IMG/VR virus record: IMGVR_UViG_3300021389_000029
Location: 1 to 54,338 of that record
Length of the DNA: 54,338 nt
Strand: one strand, 5' to 3'
Origin: a virus
Lineage: Duplodnaviria; Caudoviricetes
Shown here: positions 28,156-38,300 of the stretch, in pieces
Position numbering within the stretch: the stretch's first letter is position 1
How the letters are laid out: the number at the start of each line of letters is the position of its first letter
Made by a program: the position numbers and the translations under genes
The notes under the pieces: generated by a model
Databases searched by the model: none
Told to the model about the DNA's origin: nothing
What the model saw: the letters and a program-made list of their open reading frames with translations, nothing else

Positions 28156-30492
28156 ATGGCTCAACGGCAAATAACAAATCTCGCTACATTCTCAAATTAT
28201 GGAATGAGTAGACTCAGAACTGGATTTACTAAAATTGATGGAACCGCTTCTATCGACTCTAATGAAGTCGTGTCGGGTGGAATGATGATGGCCTTAGCGT
28301 TAGATATGAAAAATACTTGGGGTATGTTTAACGGAGCTCCAGATGTCGGAAATGAATTAATAGATTCATCTAATGTACCCATAACAAAACAATTCTTTGA
28401 AGAAATATCACTCAACAGAATAGGAGATTTTTCGGGAACATATTCTGGGTCTGCTAACTATAGCCAGTCAACACCCTCTGCGCCCTCTCAACATGTTATG
28501 TTATTTCAATCCACAAATGATATTTTGCCCAATAATGGTACAGTTTCTAGGGGATTGGATCAAAATTATAGGATACGTTTTGAGTTAGATTTGAGACCGA
28601 GACTTTATTTTAATCATGGGACCGGATTGGGTGACAGAGAATTTGCTCAAGAATTATATCAATTAAATATGAGAATGGATTCTTTAGGACTTTATCATTA
28701 TTCTGCTGGCAACCAAATAAACGAACAAGCGTTCAAACCAAATTCTTACTATCCCGACACAGTATACAGACCTGATAATTTTATTCTCCCAGCATCTGGT
28801 TTTAGTGGGAGTTCTGGTTGGGAGGATCAAATTGGTATTCCAAATCCTATGTATGGATGGTTTAAGGTTAATGTGGGTTGTTCAAATCAATTATTGGCAT
28901 CTGGTGATATTTCTAGTCCACAAACAGAAACCAATGGATTAATAACACTGGAAAATGGTTCTACAGTAGATACATCTATTTTGAGGATGCCAGGAGAGTG
29001 TGTAGATTTGACATTTGAAGATGTCACTGTTCTTTCAGACCCTTCCAACACAGGTCCATATTATGTACAAGGGACTATAACAGAAGACAATCCACAACCA
29101 AAGTATTATTTTCCTGTGTTTTTAGATCAATACGCAGCAAATCAATACGATGGAGCGATTGCTAACACTGCGTCTACCACCCCGATTTCTGCTGTCTCTA
29201 ATACGAGTCCTGTGATTGTGACCACCTCTGCGGCACATGGATATACTGACGGCCAACCAGTACATTTTAGTTCTATCTCTCCGACGATAAACCCATTAAA
29301 CGGAAACACATATTATATAAAACTTATTGTTGGCAGTGTAACTCAATTTAGAGTATACATGAACTCAAATTGTACAATTCCATTAGATGGCACTCTTTGG
29401 AGTACTGCTCAACAATACACTGGTGGCGGGACAGTATCTTCTGGTGTTGGAACATCTGTTGCAAAAACTGTTACAGAATTTCCATTGCTGACGCTGTATG
29501 TACCTACTACTTCGCATGGGTCTGCTACATGGGGTTCTGATACGGCTCCAAGTTCTGTAACGGGATTTAAAAAATATATAAACAACCGATCTCTTCGATT
29601 TAGAAATAAGAAAAAGGGTTCTGGTTGGTTTAAAAGATTTCCTAAAACAGAACCAGTTTTACAAGGGTCATATCCATTTTCATATAGACTTACTATGACA
29701 GAAAGAGGAATATTTTTATATATTCACGATGATGCTGCATCCGATCAGGCAGATGATTACGCATGGCTTGCAGTTCAAAGAACTGTAAATAATGAGACCG
29801 GTATAACAAGAACAGATGAAGGTTCAAAGTTTCCATTACATACGATGTATTCATGTTCAAGAGATTCTGTATATTCTAGGGATGCTGGTGTTTATTTTTC
29901 TCAGGCCGCGGCCAATTTGCAAAATGCAGAAAATACGGTAGATACAGTTTATGACGAATCAGGCAACACATACAACTTATCAAATTTAGACAACAGCAAA
30001 ACATTTTATATATTAAGTCCATATGATAGAGAAGATTATCTTGCAGATGAATATACTGCAAAAAATATTTGGAGATTTGTTGCAAGAGAATTTGATATTT
30101 TAAAACCCACAGATGTTCATAAATTTGCCACACGACATCAAGTTGACAGCAACGCAGTCATTAATCCACTTGAACAATTATCTATCACAGACGAAAACAG
30201 ATTTGTTATAACATTTCCGACCGGATTGACGACTCAAAGATTTATGTATCCAAAAGAAGAAATGGATTTGATTTGTTTTTCATCTGCTGAAGTAGTTGCG
30301 GAGTCAAGTAATATTCCAATGACAACTTATAAGTATGATGGTACAAGCATAGATAAACGCAGATATCAGGGCATGCGTTCCACGGCAGCTTTTGGTAACG
30401 GTATGCGAATTATGGCTTTAGTAAACGGACAGAATATTCATAATAGTGATGTAGTATTGGATATTAACGATCCAATTGGAATAGAAGTATAA
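28156..30492 (+). CDS. Virion structural protein, paralog family member 1
   Basis: Shares blocks YP.SY.LT.T..G, DDYAW..VQR.VN, RFV.RE.D..KP.D.H, INPLEQLSIT, FPT.L..QRF.Y, RRY.GM.ST..GNGMRI with three other ORFs in the window. Start ambiguous (TTG 28147, ATG 28150, ATG 28156). Confidence 0.7.
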   Translation: MAQRQITNLATFSNYGMSRLRTGFTKIDGTASIDSNEVVSGGMMMALALDMKNTWGMFNGAPDVGNELIDSSNVPITKQFFEEISLNRIGDFSGTYSGSANYSQSTPSAPSQHVMLFQSTNDILPNNGTVSRGLDQNYRIRFELDLRPRLYFNHGTGLGDREFAQELYQLNMRMDSLGLYHYSAGNQINEQAFKPNSYYPDTVYRPDNFILPASGFSGSSGWEDQIGIPNPMYGWFKVNVGCSNQLLASGDISSPQTETNGLITLENGSTVDTSILRMPGECVDLTFEDVTVLSDPSNTGPYYVQGTITEDNPQPKYYFPVFLDQYAANQYDGAIANTASTTPISAVSNTSPVIVTTSAAHGYTDGQPVHFSSISPTINPLNGNTYYIKLIVGSVTQFRVYMNSNCTIPLDGTLWSTAQQYTGGGTVSSGVGTSVAKTVTEFPLLTLYVPTTSHGSATWGSDTAPSSVTGFKKYINNRSLRFRNKKKGSGWFKRFPKTEPVLQGSYPFSYRLTMTERGIFLYIHDDAASDQADDYAWLAVQRTVNNETGITRTDEGSKFPLHTMYSCSRDSVYSRDAGVYFSQAAANLQNAENTVDTVYDESGNTYNLSNLDNSKTFYILSPYDREDYLADEYTAKNIWRFVAREFDILKPTDVHKFATRHQVDSNAVINPLEQLSITDENRFVITFPTGLTTQRFMYPKEEMDLICFSSAEVVAESSNIPMTTYKYDGTSIDKRRYQGMRSTAAFGNGMRIMALVNGQNIHNSDVVLDINDPIGIEV

Positions 30493-30520
30493 TTAAAAAG
30501 AGAAACAACAAAATATTTTT

Positions 30521-30528
30521 TATAAATA
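30521..30528 (+). promoter_or_regulatory. T4-type late promoter (TATAAATA)
   Basis: Exact consensus followed by an AGGAG RBS before the ATG at 30555. Confidence 0.88.
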
Positions 30529-30554
30529 ATAAGAAAATTAGATAGGAGACCTTA

Positions 30555-33500
30555 ATGTCTATTGCAAGCGGATTTAGTATTCAGAGAAATGACGTTATAC
30601 AAGTGCCACATAGGCAACAATACGAAAGTCACGATGCAATTTCGGGAGATAAAATCTATCTTTTGAGATCATTGCCAGATTATGAAGACAAGAATTGGGA
30701 TTGGGATATTCGAATGGGTGAAGTTAGAACTCATCTAGAACGAGGGGCAGCTGCTTTAGCGGTGAATGGGAATAATACCACCTCGACTGGCGTTGGCCCA
30801 ACCGGAGTTTACCCAACAGAAAAAGTGGCATGGAACGCAAATGCATATACAGAAGGGTCTCTTGCAGCAGGACTAGGAACTGTTATGTACGATTCTCAAT
30901 ATGGAGAATTTGGAGCTATTGTATTCCATGAATCAGCTCAACCAATGCCGGGCGAAATAGTTGAGATTTCATATACAGAACATACAAGTAAATTTACTGG
31001 TTCTGGTGGTTTATTATATCAACTTGCACATGATATGTGTATTCACCCTTTCGATTCACCAGAAATATTTCAAGCCCACTTTGGAAATTACACAGAATTC
31101 GTGGATGATAATGCCGCCGAGGCTGGCAACCAGCGCGGCGACGTGGGCAAGGAATATGTATCTAACATTCCTTCTGCTGGTCTCGCAGGATCAAATAATT
31201 TCGCTGCATTGGGCCCAGCTGGTGCTGTCTTGACAGGTACAGCTGCAGAGGATCTAAAAGTTTTTAAAAACAACCTCTCTATAAAATACAAAGATTTATT
31301 GGATGATGACATTAAAGAGGCGACACAAAGAACTGTTCAGAATTTGTGGAAGGTCGTAAGAGAACACAAAGAAACTGCAACTATTAATATGAGCGCCAAC
31401 ACAAGCGGCGCGACAACCAATGCGGATCTTTTCGCGACGGACACAGTGCCCACAATAGCTGAAACATATAGCTTGGCCAAATTACAAGCTGCTTCGACGG
31501 CGGCAGAGATTACAGCGCAAACTATTCCACTTATGACAGACTTCCCATTAATTGAGAGCGATCTTGGTAGTGGCGAATTTAGAGTTTCTATTGACGGAAA
31601 ACTGATTAATAGAGATGATTGGATAGTTACCAGCGATGTTTCATCAAGAAGATCGACTTTTAAATTAAAAAGAACTACTGGCATGCCTTGGATTAGAAAT
31701 CTTGGAGCTGTCGAAGTCTCTATTGCATATGTCTGGGGCAAATCTATCGATGTTCCTTATGGAGCATTAGTTGGTAGACAAGGACTAGGTCCAGATCAAG
31801 TCACATCGACTTTGGCGGTTAATGAGGTATCTTTCCCACATGACGATCAGGCCTACGATAGTAATATCCTAGATGCAAATACACAAAAGTATTGGATATT
31901 TAGTAGGGCGTTTAGGTCGCCCACCAAAGTGTCACCACTTGATCCAAAAAATGCATTTTTTGGATGGCATACGGCTAGCGCAGCTACTGAGGCGACTATA
32001 GTAACAGCTCAAGAAGGATCAACTGGTCCATTATCATTGTCTGCGATCGCAACCGCCGAGGCCTTGTCGGGAAGACACAAGAATACTGCTAAAATTAATG
32101 ATTCTGATGTTATGTATCTGGAAATGAAATCTTCTGATGAATATTCAAGACCATTTCAATTGATATATCCGCGGCCGCTTACTTCGGGGTTGACGTCTTC
32201 CGATAGTGATATAAAATCTAAATTAAGAGAAATTACAGATAGATTTGTAGTCGAATCAGAAAGAGGTGTCGATCTCCTGTCTGATAGTAATTTGAGTTTT
32301 GTTAATAGTAACAGCCCTGTAAGTAATAGAAAACCACAGAAATGGCGTATAAGATTTGTTTGGGATGAGACATCACTATCTCTAAAAGTCAATGTTGGTA
32401 CAGATTTGCAAATTTTAGATGATTGTACTGTATCAACAATGCAAAATCGAGATGGAATAAAATCTCCAATATTCAGAGAGCCGGGCGAACTGTGCGATGT
32501 ATATCAAACTCCTGCTATTGGCCGTGGTACTAGTGTGTCAATTTCACGAGCGAAGTCTCAATTTTTTAGAAAATCACAAATCGAAAAAGAAATGGCTCGC
32601 AGTTATCCCATGTCTTTTAAAATGACTTGTACTGATCACGGCATGGGATTGTTCTTGTTTGATCAAGCCTCTGTTGACCAAGACGACGATTATGCATGGT
32701 TTGTAATTCAAAGACATGTAAATCAATCAACTGGACAACCGGAATTTGCAGATAAATCACCAGTACATTGTGTATATTCGCCATCAAAAAGACCGACAGA
32801 TGTGAGTACACTGACTCCATATTATTCATCTTCTGACATAAACGATATGAGCAAACCACCAACCATTTATAGTTCTCTTGCTGGTGTATATAAAACTGAA
32901 GCACCGACAGTATATATCAGTAAAGATGCTGCGTTTTTTAATGGTAGGGTAAATGCAATTGATTTTAATGGATATGGATATGCATCTGGTACTGCTCAAG
33001 GATCGGTTGCTGCAACCACTTTAGAAATTTCTGATGTAAAGGTAGATTTATTTAGAGGATTGTCGGGAAATATGTCTGCAATCAATACTGATTTGTGGTA
33101 TGAAAAAACATATTCTTTCTTTGTTAAAATTGATGACGCCATAAATCCACCAAAAATTCAAAAAGGACATTTTTTGGCATGTAGAAACAAGGCTGGAGAT
33201 GTTGACGACACAAATCCTATTATATGGGGGGGTAGAATAAAAGAATGGTTCCCATCCACTGGAAAAATTACAATTTCATCGGTAAATAATATTACTGGCG
33301 ATGAAATTCGAGGTGACAGTCTCACCGATGTTACTACTAACGCAGATGGTACTCTATTGAAATTAATTGACGCTGATACTGCGACAGATGGTTCTACTAC
33401 TATAAACCTTGAAATTGGTATGTCAAATTCTGGTGATGTTACAGATGGTACTTTCCAACCATTTGCTTCAACTGCCGAGGCGCTCACAAGAACGGCTGAA

Positions 33501-35303
33501 TACAAAAAAACAACTTTAAAGTTAAAAACTATGCCATATGTGAATATCTCTGGACCATCCAGCGAGATTACAGATTTGGCTATTACAGGATTTAATTCTT
33601 TGCCTAGAAGAAGAGACACATCTATAGCATTGAATGCGTCACCAGCGCCAGGTGCTGTTGAACAAGTTGAAAAACAAGTTACATCGGGTGTTGTTACTGC
33701 TGAGGCATTGATTCGTGGTATCACAACTACTGGTGATAATCTCATAGATGCGACACCGGCCGCCGCAAATTGGGCAATCGGAAATGACACATCTTCACAA
33801 CTCTCCCAAAATATAATTTGGCCAACCCAAATTATTGAAAGAATGTCAACATTTAAAAATGCTTCTCAAGATGGTACTGGTGTACCTAGTTCTGTAGAAA
33901 ATATCAATTTGACTAATTATGCAGAAGGTGATTCTGCTTTAATGGACATTTTATATACAGCACAACCAGAAAATGTCGATAAAGTATTTGAATCTATGGT
34001 TGTAACTTTAGATGAAGTTGAAGTTATAAGAGATTCAAAAGCATATATCCTAACTTACGATGAATGGGTAAGAAGAGGAGATCCGACTACTGTTCCTAGA
34101 TTTATGGAATCTTTAGAGGCTGCTGGTGTGACCAATCTTGGACCAAATTTTAAACTTCCTAATATAGATGCGAGTACTGTGCCAAATTTCAATGCGTTAC
34201 AGCCAGGAATGGATCCAAACGCTACAAGTAACAATATTATTTCGTATACTACACAGAATTTTACTACTGGAAAAAGATTCTTTTCAGAATGGAATACTAC
34301 AACAACAGGTATATATTCACATGTGGATAACTCTGGAAACATCATCGCGCCGGATACTACTGGCTCAGGGTTTGCGAGTGGTAGCTCAACTACACCCACG
34401 GACGATGCTGACACCGATTGGGTACAGGGTGTGGATTATCCACATTGGGTTATTGATTCTAGTAAATTGGTTGCTTCTGCCAACGATTCAAAATTGAGTT
34501 CTAAATTGCCGGGCGATGTAATATGGACAAATACAACTGGTAGAAACGAATATATGTATGATTTTTGGAATAAATCTCTTTATTTTAAGAATTCTCCAAG
34601 ATCAGGATCGTCATTCTCAATTTCTATGATCAACTACCAAACATCAAATCCAAGTCAAGGAACATATATTATTTCTACTCCCGAAGATAGAAATTTCCCC
34701 GAAACAAATATGAATGATGTTAAGTCTATTAATAGATTTATTGTAAGAGAAAAAGATGTGTTTAAACCGTGGGATTACCATGTTTCTGCAACAATGCATG
34801 AAGTAGATTCACATGCTATTATAAATCCGCAAGAACAACTTTCGATTACTCAAGGAAGAAATTTCGTATTTTCTTTCCCAACACAATTGACAAGTCAGAG
34901 ATTTTACTATCCAGAAAGTGAACTGGATCTGATTTGTGTTTCTTCTGCTGATTTTTCAACTCAAGCTGGGTATGTAGAAATTGATAAATACAATGACTCT
35001 GATGGCAAGATAACACCAGCTGGCAGTGGTTATACAGATCCAGTTCAAGTAGCTATCAACGCCGTATCGGACACCAACGAAATCAATGAAGATTTACATA
35101 AGATAAACACTACAAACGCTGGTGCTTATGGTGGGCATTTGGCGCCGGATGGATCTTACCAGATTTGGAGAAAAAATAAAAGAAGGTATGAGGGCATGCC
35201 TTCAACATTGCCGAACGGAAATGGTATGAGAATATTCTTACAAGTTACCGGATCTAGTATTTCATATAGTGATGTAGAAAATGGCTCCGCACCTGTAGCC
35301 TAA
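30555..35303 (+). CDS. Virion structural protein, paralog family member 2
   Basis: SIQRN; LAHDMC.HP; RKPQKWRIRF; VNVGT.LQI; FREPGEL; YPMSF..TCTDHG; DQASVDQDDDYAWFVIQRHVN; KPWDYHVSA; GNGMRI. Own late promoter and RBS. Confidence 0.72.
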   Translation: MSIASGFSIQRNDVIQVPHRQQYESHDAISGDKIYLLRSLPDYEDKNWDWDIRMGEVRTHLERGAAALAVNGNNTTSTGVGPTGVYPTEKVAWNANAYTEGSLAAGLGTVMYDSQYGEFGAIVFHESAQPMPGEIVEISYTEHTSKFTGSGGLLYQLAHDMCIHPFDSPEIFQAHFGNYTEFVDDNAAEAGNQRGDVGKEYVSNIPSAGLAGSNNFAALGPAGAVLTGTAAEDLKVFKNNLSIKYKDLLDDDIKEATQRTVQNLWKVVREHKETATINMSANTSGATTNADLFATDTVPTIAETYSLAKLQAASTAAEITAQTIPLMTDFPLIESDLGSGEFRVSIDGKLINRDDWIVTSDVSSRRSTFKLKRTTGMPWIRNLGAVEVSIAYVWGKSIDVPYGALVGRQGLGPDQVTSTLAVNEVSFPHDDQAYDSNILDANTQKYWIFSRAFRSPTKVSPLDPKNAFFGWHTASAATEATIVTAQEGSTGPLSLSAIATAEALSGRHKNTAKINDSDVMYLEMKSSDEYSRPFQLIYPRPLTSGLTSSDSDIKSKLREITDRFVVESERGVDLLSDSNLSFVNSNSPVSNRKPQKWRIRFVWDETSLSLKVNVGTDLQILDDCTVSTMQNRDGIKSPIFREPGELCDVYQTPAIGRGTSVSISRAKSQFFRKSQIEKEMARSYPMSFKMTCTDHGMGLFLFDQASVDQDDDYAWFVIQRHVNQSTGQPEFADKSPVHCVYSPSKRPTDVSTLTPYYSSSDINDMSKPPTIYSSLAGVYKTEAPTVYISKDAAFFNGRVNAIDFNGYGYASGTAQGSVAATTLEISDVKVDLFRGLSGNMSAINTDLWYEKTYSFFVKIDDAINPPKIQKGHFLACRNKAGDVDDTNPIIWGGRIKEWFPSTGKITISSVNNITGDEIRGDSLTDVTTNADGTLLKLIDADTATDGSTTINLEIGMSNSGDVTDGTFQPFASTAEALTRTAEYKKTTLKLKTMPYVNISGPSSEITDLAITGFNSLPRRRDTSIALNASPAPGAVEQVEKQVTSGVVTAEALIRGITTTGDNLIDATPAAANWAIGNDTSSQLSQNIIWPTQIIERMSTFKNASQDGTGVPSSVENINLTNYAEGDSALMDILYTAQPENVDKVFESMVVTLDEVEVIRDSKAYILTYDEWVRRGDPTTVPRFMESLEAAGVTNLGPNFKLPNIDASTVPNFNALQPGMDPNATSNNIISYTTQNFTTGKRFFSEWNTTTTGIYSHVDNSGNIIAPDTTGSGFASGSSTTPTDDADTDWVQGVDYPHWVIDSSKLVASANDSKLSSKLPGDVIWTNTTGRNEYMYDFWNKSLYFKNSPRSGSSFSISMINYQTSNPSQGTYIISTPEDRNFPETNMNDVKSINRFIVREKDVFKPWDYHVSATMHEVDSHAIINPQEQLSITQGRNFVFSFPTQLTSQRFYYPESELDLICVSSADFSTQAGYVEIDKYNDSDGKITPAGSGYTDPVQVAINAVSDTNEINEDLHKINTTNAGAYGGHLAPDGSYQIWRKNKRRYEGMPSTLPNGNGMRIFLQVTGSSISYSDVENGSAPVA

Positions 35304-35329
35304 GGTTTATTAGTCGGAAAAATACTATG

Positions 35330-35337
35330 TATAAATA
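35330..35337 (+). promoter_or_regulatory. T4-type late promoter (TATAAATA)
   Basis: Exact consensus followed by a TAAGGAG RBS before the ATG at 35366. Confidence 0.88.
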
Positions 35338-35365
35338 TAAGTAAAACATTTAAGGAGATCAATAA

Positions 35366-38300
35366 ATGCCAACATCAACCTCACTGAAAACTCCATTTCT
35401 GTCGGGGGGATATTCCATTCAAAGGAATGAGATGATATCAATCCCCCAAACAAGACAACGGCAGAGATTTCAGTTCATGAACGAATTTAATCAAACTTTC
35501 GCTAAGTTTGATCGAGCGGCACAAGGCCTTGGCAGAGGCGCACAAGAACAACTTGACAGAGTTCCGGCATACGAAATAAGATCAGAAAAAAGAGAAGTTC
35601 AAAATGGAGTCATTAGTTCTGTCAAAAAACCTCTAACTTATAAATTTGCAACTGGTTCTAACAAAGCTACTTTAGGAACTGTTGTTTTAACTGATTCTAC
35701 ATCTCCATTGGGCGAAGGAGTAATTCAACAGTTTGCTATTTCCAATGGTGGTCAAGGATATACGCCTGGAGCTGATTATGGAGTATGTATCAGAGGCGGA
35801 GAAGCAGCAAACAAGACCCCCCAACCAGCTAACATTACTTGTAAGGCTGATGGTAACGGTTCTATAACATCATTTACAATACATGATGGTGGACAGAATT
35901 ACACTCTCGCTGGGGATACTGGTAATGGTTATCCAGCATTGACAATGGAAATTGATGAAACTCCATTGTTAGGACAGTTTGTTGTAACAAGACTTAATGG
36001 AGAAACCGAAGATACGGGTGTGGGAGCAATAACAAGTATAGATATTACATCCACAACATTGACAGGACATAGGCCGGGCGTCTGGTTTGTTTCTCATAAT
36101 GGAAGCGACAAAGTAATTACTACCGATAGCACTGATGGTGTTGTAAATAATTTAATGATACAAGTTTTTGTAAATCAATTAGGAAAAATTAACAAAGTTA
36201 CTTTCTGTTCTTATGGCGAAAAATTTTTGGTTGGTGATACACTCACAATCCCACAATCCCAACTGGGTGGAATTCAAGACGATTCTTTGGGCGTAAATGA
36301 TTTAGTATTAACTGTCACCACAGTCGCAGATCAAAATCAAGTTGATTTAGATCATGGTACTGCAATTTGGAGAAGTGAATCTTTTGAAGCCGGTGTTGAT
36401 GTTGTTATGGAATATACAATTGACACCAATATCGACACAAAGACTGAAGATGGATTTTTAAGAACACTTGCTAAGGACCTTTGTTTACACCCATATGCAA
36501 ATTACTACAGTTCTGCATGGAGCACTGTTGCTCAAAGAAAAGCTACTCTGCAGCTGACGGGCGCTCCGCGCACTATGGTCACGTCCGGCACCGCTGAAGT
36601 GACAGCAACACTGCGCGATAGAGAAACCAATGTAGCATTAACAGAATTGACTGGCGGCTTTAAATCTGAGGATATAAAGAAGAGAATTATAGAACCCTAC
36701 GGAAGTGGTACTATGTATATTACTGGTGTGGTTGATGGTGTAGCGACTTGTACTATGCTAAAATCTGGAACTTATAATGATGAGGATGTAAATACTTGGG
36801 ATGATCCAACTCAGGAGTTCTATCTTATGGATCATTGGAGACTTTGTATAGACCAACATGCTGATCCAAGCGGCACATATCCCGATACCAATCTTGGCGG
36901 ATTCGAATCGCAACCCTATAATTTAATTTATCCTAGAATAGATGAATTTGCATCAAATCATATTCTCATTAGAGATAATGGACAACAAAATCATAGAGAT
37001 GTTATGAGTTGTATTCGTCGGATAGGTGATTTGTTTGTTGTAGAATCGGAAAAGGCGACAGATCTTCTTTCATCTTTAGCCGATGTGAGCTCAGCTTCAG
37101 TTTCTATACCAAGAACGATAAACTTAACACAACCTGTCAGAGACCAGAGAAAACCTCAAAAATGGCGTATGAGATTTTATTATGATTCAAGAGATGAATA
37201 TTTATATGTTAATGTTGGAACTTCCTTACAAATTATGGATAATGGGGATTTGACAAGTGGACAAGGTCGAGATGGTATAAAAAATGCCGTGTTTAGACAG
37301 CCAGGAGAACTGAGTGAAATTTATTATAATTTCAGTAATGATGATAATAAAGCAAAATCCGGTTTCTTTAGGAGACAGGGGAAAACTGATGACGGAATAG
37401 ATTCGAATTATCCAATGGCATATAGACTTACTTGTACTGACCACGGTATAGGATTTTTCATGTTCGATCAAGCCTCAGTCGACCAAGACGACGATTATGC
37501 ATGGTTTGTAATTCAAAGACATGTAAATAATGTCTCTGGAAAAATTGAAGGCGAAGATGGAAAATCCCCAGTTCATTGTTTATATTCACCATCAAAAAGA
37601 CCTGAAGAAACTAGTGATTTTAATATGGGATTCTTTGCTGAAGTGGTTAATAAGTTAGACCCTGAGACCGGTACGACTACCGTAACATCAAAAACTCTTG
37701 GCGATTTAGAAATTTTTGATGTAAATGGTAGAAAACTTACGCCCGGACTTCCACTAAATCAAAGTATTTTGACTTCTGGTTTTCCAGTTATGTCTAGAAC
37801 AACACCATATGGACAAGGAACAAGCTATGTAACTCCTCCATCAACAGGGGGATTGCGCCTTACAGATTCTTCTAATATGGGCACAGATTTAACCTCTGGA
37901 TATTCAAACGTCAATGATTTTATCGAATTTCCACCTGTCACCTCAACCAATTATACTGGATTAGAAAAATCTAACTTAGATGATTCAGCAGTGATTGATG
38001 AAGTACTTGCAGATGGCGTCGTAACCGAACCAGCTATATATGCTTTTCCGATGGGATATGGTAGAAATTTTGGTAGTAATTTCGTAACTGTTGGCGATTA
38101 TTATGTTGATATGAAAAATTCCACCAGATATACTGACGCATCACCGGGCAATTCAAAACCAAGTGCCTTTTTCAGATCTGCTGGCGGAGTGTCAGTGCCG
38201 GCCGAGGGTAGTACAGAGGCAGTGTCAGGCCGAGACGACATGGGATTGGCGAATTATGTTAATGCCAGAAATCAAATGCAAGGCCCAGCGAGATTGGGAC

